Source of the DNA: a virus
Length of the DNA stretch: 35,359 nt
UHGV virus genome: UHGV-0358463
Direction: 5' to 3' (one strand)
A program made the translations under genes and the position numbers. How positions within the stretch are numbered: the first letter of the stretch is position 1; each line of letters starts with the position of its first letter. The notes under the pieces were generated by a model. It searched no databases and had not been told where the DNA came from. It saw nothing but the letters and a program-made list of their open reading frames with translations. Shown piece after piece: positions 8,471-16,538 of this stretch.

Positions 8471-8961
8471 TCATGAGTCTTTTGAATGAAGTTCAGAAAT
8501 TCATTGAAGCCCATCCGGGATGTACTTCCGGAGACATTGCGGATGCTTTTGCAGGTTACTCACGGCAGCGCGTTCTGCAGTCAGCAAGCAAGTTACGTCA
8601 GAGTGGGCGTGTGGCTCACCGTTGTGAAGGAGATACACGCAGACATTTCCCGCGCCTGACTGAGAGAGCGCAGGAACCGGAACCACAACCAGTTCGAGAA
8701 ACCAGACCTGTGCGCAATTTCTATGTCGGCACTAACGATCCACGGGTGATTTTGTGCCTGACCCGCCAGGCTGAAGAACTGGAGTCCAGGGGCTTATACC
8801 GTCGTGCTGCAACCGTGTGGATGGCGGCATTCCGTGAAAGCCACTCCCAGCCAGAACGAAACAATTTTCTGGCGCGTCGTGAGCGGTGCTTACGGAAAAG
8901 CAGCAAGCGCGCTGCATCGGGTGAAGAGTGGTATCTGTCAGGGAATTACGTGGGGGCTTAA
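8467..8961 (+). CDS. PerC-family-like transcriptional regulator with N-terminal winged-helix extension
   Basis: 164 aa; C-terminal EELESRGLYRRAATVWMAAFRESHSQPERNNFLARRERCL resembles the PerC/Pch signature (recalled, not searched). Confidence 0.55.
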   Translation: MIMSLLNEVQKFIEAHPGCTSGDIADAFAGYSRQRVLQSASKLRQSGRVAHRCEGDTRRHFPRLTERAQEPEPQPVRETRPVRNFYVGTNDPRVILCLTRQAEELESRGLYRRAATVWMAAFRESHSQPERNNFLARRERCLRKSSKRAASGEEWYLSGNYVGA

Positions 8962-9614
8962 TGAGTAATAAATATTGCCAGGCGCTGGTGGAACTACGGA
9001 ACAAACCAGCCCATGAACTGAAGGAAGTGGGCGATCAGTGGCGCACGCCGGACAACATTTTCTGGGGAATTAACACCCTGTTTGGCCCGTTTGTTCTGGA
9101 TCTGTTTACTGACGGTGATAACGCCAAATGTGCCGCGTATTACACGGCGGAAGATAACGCGCTGGCGCATGACTGGTCAGAACGTCTTGCGGAGCTTAAA
9201 GGTGCTGCCTTTGGTAATCCCCCATACAGCCGCGCCAGTCAGCATGAGGGGCAATACATCACCGGCATGCGTTACATCATGAAACATGCCAGTGCCATGC
9301 GTGATAAGGGCGGGCGCTATGTTTTCCTGATCAAAGCTGCCACCAGCGAAGTGTGGTGGCCGGAAGATGCGGACCATATTGCTTTTATTCGCGGGCGTAT
9401 TGGTTTTGAACTGCCTGCCTGGTTTATCCCGAAGGATGAGAAGCAGGTGCCGACAGGCGCTTTCTTCGCTGGTGCTATTGCTGTTTTCGACAAGACCTGG
9501 AAGGGACCGGCAATCAGCTACATCGGGCGCGATGAACTTGAGGCATGTGGTGAAGCCTTTCTGGTGCAGGTTCGCCAGCAGGCGGAAAAACTGGTCAGGG
9601 AGATGGCGGCATGA
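8961..9614 (+). CDS. phage DNA N6-adenine methyltransferase (Dam-like, DPPY-type)
   Basis: 217 aa from the ATG at 8961 (TAATG overlap); catalytic motif FGNPPYS. Confidence 0.8.
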   Translation: MSNKYCQALVELRNKPAHELKEVGDQWRTPDNIFWGINTLFGPFVLDLFTDGDNAKCAAYYTAEDNALAHDWSERLAELKGAAFGNPPYSRASQHEGQYITGMRYIMKHASAMRDKGGRYVFLIKAATSEVWWPEDADHIAFIRGRIGFELPAWFIPKDEKQVPTGAFFAGAIAVFDKTWKGPAISYIGRDELEACGEAFLVQVRQQAEKLVREMAA

Positions 9615-9937
9615 CGACGTTAACTCAATGCCAGCAGCAGGTGCTGGATATGCTGATTTCTTACCAGAAAGAGCGTGGCTTTCCGCCAACCAATCAGGAG
9701 GTGGCAACCATGCTGGGATACCGTTCAGTGAATGCAGCGGTAGAGCATCTTCGTGCACTGGAGAAAAAAGGCGTCATCACGATAAAGCGTGGCGTGGCCC
9801 GGGGGATAACGCTTCATACCGCGGTGAAGGACGACGACAGCGAGGCGGTCGGGATTATCCGCGCACTGCTTGCCGGTGAGGAAAACGCCAGGCTGCGTGC
9901 AGCCCACTGGTTACATGAGAGAGGCCTGAAAGTATGA
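9611..9937 (+). CDS. LexA-like DNA-binding-domain protein lacking the S24 peptidase domain
   Basis: 108 aa; QQQVLDMLISYQKERGFPPTNQEVATMLGYRSVNAAVEHLRALEKKGVITI parallels the LexA N-terminal winged helix. Confidence 0.7.
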   Translation: MTTLTQCQQQVLDMLISYQKERGFPPTNQEVATMLGYRSVNAAVEHLRALEKKGVITIKRGVARGITLHTAVKDDDSEAVGIIRALLAGEENARLRAAHWLHERGLKV

Positions 9938-10323
9938 AGCTGATCTTGCCTTTCCCGCCCAGCGTGAACACGTACTGGCGACACCCCAACAAAGGGGCGT
10001 TTGTAGGTAAAAGCCTGATAAGCGAGGCGGGGCGAAAATTCCAGAGCGCGGCGTGCGCAGCAATAGTTGAGCAGTTACGTCGTCTGCCGAAACCAACGTC
10101 GGCACCTGCTTCAGTGGAGATCGTGTTGTTTCCTCCGGATAACCGGATCCGCGATCTGGACAACTATAACAAGGCGCTGTTTGACGCCCTGACCCACGCG
10201 GGGGTGTGGGAAGACGACAGCCAGGTGAAAAGAATGCTGGTGGAGTGGGGGCCGGTTATCCCGGAAGGGAAGGTCGAGATCACTATCAGTAAGTACGAGA
10301 AAACGGCGGGTGCAGCCGCCTGA
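9934..10323 (+). CDS. rusA: RusA-family Holliday junction resolvase
   Basis: 129 aa; MKLILPFPPSVNTYWRH...IRDLDNYNKALFDALTHAGVWEDDSQV is characteristic of RusA. Confidence 0.85.
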   Translation: MKLILPFPPSVNTYWRHPNKGAFVGKSLISEAGRKFQSAACAAIVEQLRRLPKPTSAPASVEIVLFPPDNRIRDLDNYNKALFDALTHAGVWEDDSQVKRMLVEWGPVIPEGKVEITISKYEKTAGAAA

Positions 10324-10342
10324 TTAAGAGGAGAAACGAAGT

Positions 10343-11140
10343 ATGAATAATCTGATGGTCATTGATGGTATTGAAGTTCGTCGTGATGCTTATGGGCGTT
10401 ACAGCCTGAACGATCTGCACAGGGCTGCCGGTTCTCAGGATAAGCATAAGCCTGCATTCTGGCTCCGCAATGAGCAAACCGAACGTTTAATAAGCGAGTT
10501 GCAGATTTGCAACTCGGTCAATATAGAGCCAGTTAACGTTAGTCGTGGCGGAAATAACCAGGGGACGTATGTCTGCAAAGAACTGGTGTATGCCTATGCA
10601 ATGTGGATCAGCCCGTCATTCCATCTGAAGGTGATCCGTACTTTCGATATGGTAACCAGCGCACCGGAAAAATTATCCGGGCAGGCTGCTGACAAGATGC
10701 AGGCTGGCGTGATTCTGCTGGACTTTATGCGCCGGGAGTTAAACCTGTCTAACTCATCTGTGCTTGGGGCCTGTCAGAAACTCCAGGAGGCTGTTGGCTT
10801 ACCGAATCTGGCACCACGCTATGCCATTGATGCTCCTGCTGACGCGCCTGATGGCTCAAGTCGCCCGACACTGTCACTGAGTGCACTGCTGAAACAGTAT
10901 GGTATCTGCCTGACGGCTAATCAGGCATATCACCAGATGGCGAAGCTGGGGATCGTGGAACAACGCGAACGATACAGCCGTACCGCGATTAACAACATCA
11001 AAAAATTCTGGTCGCTGACAGCGAAAGGCTGCATGTTCGGCAAGAACATCACCAGTCCCGCAAATCCGCGCGAGACGCAGCCGCATTTCTTCGAATCCCG
11101 ATTCCCTGAGCTGTTAAAGCTGCTCGATACCGTTCATTGA
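10343..11140 (+). CDS. KilA-N domain protein (antirepressor-like)
   Basis: 265 aa; N-terminal MNNLMVIDGIEVRRDAYGRYSLNDLHRAAG...PAFWLRNEQT matches the KilA-N fold signature. Confidence 0.7.
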   Translation: MNNLMVIDGIEVRRDAYGRYSLNDLHRAAGSQDKHKPAFWLRNEQTERLISELQICNSVNIEPVNVSRGGNNQGTYVCKELVYAYAMWISPSFHLKVIRTFDMVTSAPEKLSGQAADKMQAGVILLDFMRRELNLSNSSVLGACQKLQEAVGLPNLAPRYAIDAPADAPDGSSRPTLSLSALLKQYGICLTANQAYHQMAKLGIVEQRERYSRTAINNIKKFWSLTAKGCMFGKNITSPANPRETQPHFFESRFPELLKLLDTVH

Positions 11141-11141
11141 G

Positions 11142-12137
11142 GTGACCGTGAGAGCACTACTGACTCCTGAAATAGCCCCGCGTATGGGGATCGTATTGTT
11201 CAGACCCGGTTCAGAGCTGATGCCCCTGTTTATGCAGGGGCGTGTCCTGCTGGAGCCTGAGCCGGAACGTTATTCATCTTTCGCCAGTGGTGCCGTTCCC
11301 GCGGCATCACAACCGCTGGCGGATGATCCTGCCGTTCGGGCCGTGTTCTGCAATGAGGCAGTGATCCGTCGTACTGGTGGCGTGGAATGTCTTGAAAGCT
11401 GGTTACTTCGTGAAAAGGGCTGTCAGTGGCCTCATTCCGACTGGCACAGCGAGAACATGACCACAATGCGACACGCGCCGGGCGCGATCCGTCTGTGCTG
11501 GCACTGCGATAACCAGCTGCGCGATCAGTTCACGGAACGGTTGGAATCAATGGCAACGGATAACTGTGCCCGCTGGGTGTTGTCTGTTGTGCGTCGGGAT
11601 CTCGGTTTTGATGACAGTCACGTTGTGACAATGCCGGAACTGTGCTGGTGGCTGATTCGTAATGACCTGGCGGATGCCTTACCGGAAAGTGCAGCCCGTA
11701 AGGCACTGAGATTACCGAAGCCTGTTGTGCCGTCTGTCACCCGGGAAAGTGACCTTTTTCCTTCGGTTCCTGCCACCAGCATTATCCAGGATAAAGCGAA
11801 ACAGGTGCTGGCGCTGAAAGTGGATCCAGAGTCGCCGGAGTCTTTTATGTTACGCCCAAAACGTCGCCGCTGGGTTAATGAAAAGTACACGCGCTGGGTT
11901 AAGACACAGCCGTGTGCATGTTGTGGAAAGCCTGCTGATGATCCCCACCACCTGATAGGTCACGGTCAGGGTGGAATGGGTACAAAAGCGCATGACCTCT
12001 TTGTGTTGCCTTTGTGCAGAAAGCATCACGACGAGCTGCATGCGGATACCGTGGCATTTGAAGAGATGTATGGCTCCCAGTTGGAACTGATATTTCGTTT
12101 TATTGATCGTGCGCTGGCAATTGGCGTGCTGGCCTGA
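11142..12137 (+). CDS. DUF968-like phage protein with Cys/His-rich C-terminus
   Basis: 331 aa; GTG start at 11142 (alternative ATG downstream); C-terminal CACCGKPADDPHHLIGHGQGG...CRKHHDELH suggests a zinc-binding, HNH-like motif. Confidence 0.6.
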   Translation: MTVRALLTPEIAPRMGIVLFRPGSELMPLFMQGRVLLEPEPERYSSFASGAVPAASQPLADDPAVRAVFCNEAVIRRTGGVECLESWLLREKGCQWPHSDWHSENMTTMRHAPGAIRLCWHCDNQLRDQFTERLESMATDNCARWVLSVVRRDLGFDDSHVVTMPELCWWLIRNDLADALPESAARKALRLPKPVVPSVTRESDLFPSVPATSIIQDKAKQVLALKVDPESPESFMLRPKRRRWVNEKYTRWVKTQPCACCGKPADDPHHLIGHGQGGMGTKAHDLFVLPLCRKHHDELHADTVAFEEMYGSQLELIFRFIDRALAIGVLA

Positions 12138-12154
12138 TTTGGTGGAGAAAGTTG

Positions 12155-12502
12155 ATGCGTGATATGTATGAAGTATTGGACCGCTGGGGAGCATGGGCTG
12201 CAGCAGAAAATAGTGGTGTGGACTGGCAGCCGATAGCGGCTGGTTTCAAGGGACTTTTACCACACGGTAAAAAGTCACGTCTCCAGTGTGATGATGATGA
12301 AGGCATCATGATAGATAGTTGTGTGGCTAGGTTGCGTAAATATAAGCCGGAAGAGTATGAGCTGATAATTGCTCACTTTGTTATCGGTATCTCATTACGC
12401 ACTATTGCGAAGAAGAGAAAATGCTCTGATGGGACTATAAGAAAAAAGTTGCAAGCTGCATTGGGATTTATTGATGCAGTTATATATATAATACATGGGT
12501 AA
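12155..12502 (+). CDS. late-gene antiterminator Q (phage-82 Q family)
   Basis: 115 aa from the ATG at 12155 (GGAG Shine-Dalgarno); MRDMYEVLDRWGAWAA...DGTIRKKLQAALGFIDAV resembles phage-82-type Q proteins. Confidence 0.75.
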   Translation: MRDMYEVLDRWGAWAAAENSGVDWQPIAAGFKGLLPHGKKSRLQCDDDEGIMIDSCVARLRKYKPEEYELIIAHFVIGISLRTIAKKRKCSDGTIRKKLQAALGFIDAVIYIIHG

Positions 12503-12509
12503 TTTATTA

Positions 12510-12528
12510 GACGGCCATATTGGCCGTC
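12510..12528. terminator. perfect 8-bp hairpin (GACGGCCA-tat-TGGCCGTC) between convergent Q and cassette genes; possible bidirectional terminator
   Basis: Palindrome read directly; flanked by AT-rich sequence on both sides but no clean T-tract. Confidence 0.3.
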
Positions 12529-13705
12529 AGCTAAATAAATATGTAATAGCATAAGGCGTAAGTAAAAAGTAGAACCTAAATGTAAGATATAAGCCACATA
12601 AAACTATAATTCCTAATGAGGCAAAAACAACTTTCTGAACAAGCAATCTTGTGGTTAAACTATCAAATGTATCCTTTATATCTTCGTAAATAGCCTTGAA
12701 GTTATATTCTGCTTGTTGTTTTTTATGATTTAACTCATCATTTATTGCTGTTAAAGTTTGCCATTGATTAAATAGAACAAATAGAATCATAATAGTGAAG
12801 AACAATGCACCCAACACTACAGCTGTATTTATTAATGCTTGACTATCCCAACCATTAGCCTGCTTCATTTGAGTCGCAACGATAATTGTTGCGACGGGGA
12901 TACCTAATATCTGATTTTGTATGTCACTGAATACTTTATGTATTTTTCCCATCTCTTCTATTTTGGCTACTCGTAACTGATCCAGTATTTTCTCGTAAGA
13001 AAAACCAGAAACGAATACTTTGTATCCTTTTTGATAACTTTCATAAAGTTGTCCTAAATCCCTTAACATGAAGGAAAAAGAGGTTTCTTTAGTTTTAGAT
13101 TCACATGATGATTTTATGCTACTTGCTAAAATAGTAAGTTTTTGATCTTTATGCGTATCTTCTGCAAAGTTTGCGATCAAATTATGAATCAGATCTCCAT
13201 TAACATTCATAAGATCATCGCTAGAATAATTTACTGGAATTTTTAGTACGTTGGATTCGACGAATACCAATTCAAAATTTGTTTCATCTAAATAAGCAGA
13301 ACAATCTTTGAATAAAGTAATTAAGCTCAAAACATCTCTGTACTTGGATATAATAGCAGGCGACTTTTTATCCCTGTTGTGATAATTAAGTTCGATTATA
13401 AAGAAGTTACTGGCTTCCTTTATCCTATTTTTAGGATTTTTTAAATACTCATTAAAAGAGAAATGTAGCTGCCCCAATCGTAATTTGGGGGGGGTTATAT
13501 GTAAGGTTATAGTTTGGCCTAACTCAATGTTGCCAGATTCAAGGGTGATGCCAAAATCATGGGGATTCTCTGTGATATCGTTGATGATGTTACAGAGCTC
13601 CTCGTTTGAAAGAATGAGTGATGCTTCAGATAGGGTACCTGCAAATGTAGCGGCCTTGTAAATAGTCACTAAGTCTTTGAAGGTTCTCTGATTGTTACTG
13701 CTCAT
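12527..13705 (-). CDS. cassette gene B: protein with a large soluble N-terminal domain and two C-terminal hydrophobic helices
   Basis: 392 aa from the ATG at 13705 (ORF track gives 13714, a GTG); hydrophobic segments ALINTAVVLGALFFTIMILFVLF and KVVFASLGIIVLCGLYLTFRFYFLL; overlaps gene A by 11 nt. Confidence 0.7.
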   Translation of the reverse strand: MSSNNQRTFKDLVTIYKAATFAGTLSEASLILSNEELCNIINDITENPHDFGITLESGNIELGQTITLHITPPKLRLGQLHFSFNEYLKNPKNRIKEASNFFIIELNYHNRDKKSPAIISKYRDVLSLITLFKDCSAYLDETNFELVFVESNVLKIPVNYSSDDLMNVNGDLIHNLIANFAEDTHKDQKLTILASSIKSSCESKTKETSFSFMLRDLGQLYESYQKGYKVFVSGFSYEKILDQLRVAKIEEMGKIHKVFSDIQNQILGIPVATIIVATQMKQANGWDSQALINTAVVLGALFFTIMILFVLFNQWQTLTAINDELNHKKQQAEYNFKAIYEDIKDTFDSLTTRLLVQKVVFASLGIIVLCGLYLTFRFYFLLTPYAITYLFS

Positions 13706-14729
13706 CCTCTTCACCTAATTCTGATAAAATCTCTGATCTTAGCGTATCCGGAATCTCGGTAAGTATCAATTTATCGTTTTCTGAATCATAAAGAACGCTG
13801 CCATCATGCAAGGCCGCACGCTCGAATTTCAGAGACCAATGTTTGGACTTTCCTTTGAAACTAACAAGCCCACGTATAACGTTGCCATCAGGCACGAACC
13901 CATCAGAGAACTCCAGATCGTCATTGGTTAACTTTTCAACTAACAACTCAGGAGCAGTTGGCCATATCTCGTTTGCAAAAACTTGAGTGTCGAAAGCTTC
14001 ACCAGAACGATTTAAATTTTTTAATTTTTCATGAGCCTTATTTAGGAACTCTTCACGTGCCTCTGGTTCAAAACCTCTTTCAGTAGCAAATTCTAAAAGT
14101 GCATTCCGTAATTTTGTTGTTTCTTGTTTGGCAATTAGAATATCGTTGCAACCTAAAAACTTTTTGAAATAACCTGCTACTGAATTTTGCCCCTTTAGAA
14201 AGCTAATATATCTCTCTTTGCCATTCTGGCGCCCAGTTAAGTCAATTCGTCCCGCTACTCGAAGTTTAGCAATGTCTAGATATTCACTTTCTTGAATTTC
14301 AAAATCGTGGACTGAAGAGCCAACTGCTGATGTTAGGATTGCAACCATCAAATAATGATTTCCATTTACCTCATTATGGGCAATTATTACATAACCACCA
14401 GTAGACATTGATTCATCATCGGCTCTGGCTTTTAAATGATTGATCATTCGGATACTAGTATCATAAAAACTATGTGTTTTATTTACGAAATAATCATCAA
14501 CGATATTACCCATAGGGTAACTATCGCGGTCATCTTCAAATTTACCATATCCTTTACCTGCTCTCCCAGAGTACCTTTCAGTAAGTGCGTTAGAGAGGTC
14601 TTTTGATGCTTGCTGAACAGGTTTTTCTGAAGGACAAGGAATAATGGTGGCTAACCCCTGTTGTTCCTTGTTCATAATGTGAACAATAAACTTATGAGTG
14701 ATATTAGTGGGGGTCGCTGATGCAGTCAT
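13695..14729 (-). CDS. cassette gene A: NdpA/YejK-like nucleoid-associated-protein family homologue
   Basis: 344 aa; AAGGA Shine-Dalgarno at 14738-14742. Collinear matches to E. coli YejK recalled from memory: GGYVIIAH..YLMVAILTS, YLDIAKLRVAGRIDLTG, RYISFLKGQ, VAGYFKKFLGC, LILTEIPDTLRSEI. Confidence 0.75.
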   Translation of the reverse strand: MTASATPTNITHKFIVHIMNKEQQGLATIIPCPSEKPVQQASKDLSNALTERYSGRAGKGYGKFEDDRDSYPMGNIVDDYFVNKTHSFYDTSIRMINHLKARADDESMSTGGYVIIAHNEVNGNHYLMVAILTSAVGSSVHDFEIQESEYLDIAKLRVAGRIDLTGRQNGKERYISFLKGQNSVAGYFKKFLGCNDILIAKQETTKLRNALLEFATERGFEPEAREEFLNKAHEKLKNLNRSGEAFDTQVFANEIWPTAPELLVEKLTNDDLEFSDGFVPDGNVIRGLVSFKGKSKHWSLKFERAALHDGSVLYDSENDKLILTEIPDTLRSEILSELGEEDEQ

Positions 14730-14845
14730 AACAACATCCTTTTAATGGTTTTGAACAATTGGTGTTGATAATACTTCAAAAAATACTAATGCGTACGCAA
14801 AAAATACAGTACTCTGTTAAGAGTGGTTACTTCGCCACACAGCTT

Positions 14846-14876
14846 AAACCCGCCGTCGAGCGGGTTTTGTCGTTTC
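14846..14876 (+). terminator. intrinsic terminator upstream of the lysis genes (candidate tR-prime-like site for Q antitermination)
   Basis: AAACCCGC-cgtcga-GCGGGTTT followed by TTTTGTCGTTT. Confidence 0.5.
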
Positions 14877-15019
14877 TGGGCTTTGGTATTCGTTGGGCTT
14901 GGTCTATCTAGCTCTTATCCATTGGCTCGGCTTCTTTTACGTTTCCGCTTCTGATTTGCGGTTCGTGGTACTCCCTCAATTTGCACCTCTTGTATCGGCG
15001 AGGTGAGAGATAACTACAA

Positions 15020-15346
15020 ATGCCTCATAACCCAAATACCTGGCTGGAGTTGGTCCAGAGCTGGTGGCGTGGAGACACACCGCTGGGCGCAGTGATTATG
15101 TCGATTGTTATGGCTGGTTTGCGCATTGCCTATTTTGGCGGTGGTGGTGGCTGGAAGCGAAAAACACTCGAAATTCTACTCTGTGGCGCTCTGACGCTGA
15201 CTTTTGCATCCGCTCTTGAGTATGTCGGATGGCCTAAATCGCTTTCTGTTGCCATTGGTGGTGGGGTGGGGCTGATCGGTGTCGATGCTATTCGTGGGGC
15301 TGCAATGAGAGTAATCGGTAATAAGTTTGGTGGCTCTAAGGAGTAA
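15020..15346 (+). CDS. putative holin
   Basis: 108 aa, first gene of the lysis cassette; hydrophobic segments GAVIMSIVMAGLRIAYFGG, LEILLCGALTLTFASALEYVGW, SLSVAIGGGVGLIGV. Confidence 0.6.
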   Translation: MPHNPNTWLELVQSWWRGDTPLGAVIMSIVMAGLRIAYFGGGGGWKRKTLEILLCGALTLTFASALEYVGWPKSLSVAIGGGVGLIGVDAIRGAAMRVIGNKFGGSKE

Positions 15347-15349
15347 TTT

Positions 15350-15826
15350 ATGCAGGTACTAAATTCCCAGCGTAAAGCTTTCCTCGATATGGTGGCATGG
15401 TCAGAAGGAACGGATAACGGGCGACAACCGACACGTAACCACGGTTATGATATTATTGTTGGTGGTGAACTATTCACTGATTACTCCGATCACCCTCGCA
15501 AACTTGTCACGCTAAACCCCAAACTCAAATCAACAGCTGCAGGCCGTTATCAACTTCTTTCACGCTGGTGGGATGCTTACCGCAAGCAGCTTGGGCTGAA
15601 AGACTTCTCTCCAAAAAGCCAGGATGCTGTGGCATTGCAGCAGATTAAAGAGCGTGGCGCTTTACCGATGATTGATCGCGGCGATATTCGTCAGGCTATC
15701 GATCGTTGCAGCAATATCTGGGCTTCACTGCCGGGCGCTGGTTACGGTCAATATGAACATAAAATAGGTGACCTGATTGCCCGATTCAAAGAGGCTGGCG
15801 GGGTGGTAAATGAAGTTGAGCTATAA
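15350..15826 (+). CDS. endolysin, lambda R-like lytic transglycosylase
   Basis: 158 aa; near-identity in long stretches to lambda R as recalled (NQRKAFLDM.AWSEGTDNGRQ.TRNHGYD.IVGGELFTDYSDHPRKLVTLNPKLKST). Confidence 0.9.
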   Translation: MQVLNSQRKAFLDMVAWSEGTDNGRQPTRNHGYDIIVGGELFTDYSDHPRKLVTLNPKLKSTAAGRYQLLSRWWDAYRKQLGLKDFSPKSQDAVALQQIKERGALPMIDRGDIRQAIDRCSNIWASLPGAGYGQYEHKIGDLIARFKEAGGVVNEVEL

Positions 15827-16202
15827 GCTGGTTATCGCAGCATTCTTCTCTACTGTCATCGGTTCTTTCATCTGGTCTGCTAACCACTACTACAGCAAAT
15901 ATCAGCACGAAAAGAAACGTGCTGATGAGGCTGTACAAAATGCTGAATCCGCAACCGCTATTACCAATAATGTCCTGCAATCACTGCAAATCGTCAATAC
16001 AGTTCTGGAGGCTAACCAGCATGCAAAACAGCAGATCGCACTGGAGTCACAGAGAACCCAGGAAGATATCAAAGTGGCTGTTGAGAATGATGATTGCGCT
16101 TCCCGTCTTGTTCCTGCTCGTGCAACTGAGCGGCTGCGCCGGTACGCGGACAATTTACGTACCAGTTCCGGCGGTACCACTACCGGCGAACCTGACCGCT
16201 GA
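15810..16202 (+). CDS. i-spanin (Rz-like)
   Basis: 130 aa; N-terminal membrane anchor LVIAAFFSTVIGSFIW then coiled-coil-like sequence; overlaps the endolysin 3' end. Confidence 0.7.
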   Translation: MKLSYKLVIAAFFSTVIGSFIWSANHYYSKYQHEKKRADEAVQNAESATAITNNVLQSLQIVNTVLEANQHAKQQIALESQRTQEDIKVAVENDDCASRLVPARATERLRRYADNLRTSSGGTTTGEPDR

Positions 16203-16344
16203 AACCCCACAGCCAGCTATTCCTGATCCGCTGACTTACAGAGATAGTCTGGATTTAAACGTGAGCCTGCTGTCAGTGCTGGCTGCCTGTAATAGGGATA
16301 AGGCTGATATTCGTAAAATTGAAGCAGAGAAGAGTGAGCCATGA
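16087..16344 (+). CDS. o-spanin (Rz1-like lipoprotein), in the +1 frame and extending past the Rz stop
   Basis: 85 aa; signal peptide with lipobox MMIALPVLFLLVQLSGC, proline-rich mature region. Confidence 0.6.
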   Translation: MMIALPVLFLLVQLSGCAGTRTIYVPVPAVPLPANLTAETPQPAIPDPLTYRDSLDLNVSLLSVLAACNRDKADIRKIEAEKSEP

Positions 16345-16538
16345 AGCAGTAAAGTGGAAAGATCGCAGCAAGAAGTGCCTGTTCAGAATTAATGAAGATG
16401 CCTCAAATACCTAAAATAGCGAGTAGCCAGATGCACGTCAACTACGAGTGTGTGGCCAGCATAACGTTGTATAAACTAAGTGATAGCAGAGTTCAATATA
16501 CGTATACTGAGAGAACTATTTCTATTTGAGAACTGAAA

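Noticed and set aside
12152-12154. TTG start for Q at 12152
   Set aside because: The adjacent ATG at 12155 is 7 nt from GGAG and is the more likely initiation codon.
14730-14845. Assigning exact -35/-10 hexamers of the late promoter
   Set aside because: Several weak candidates exist and none is convincing by eye; only the downstream terminator hairpin is reported as a feature.
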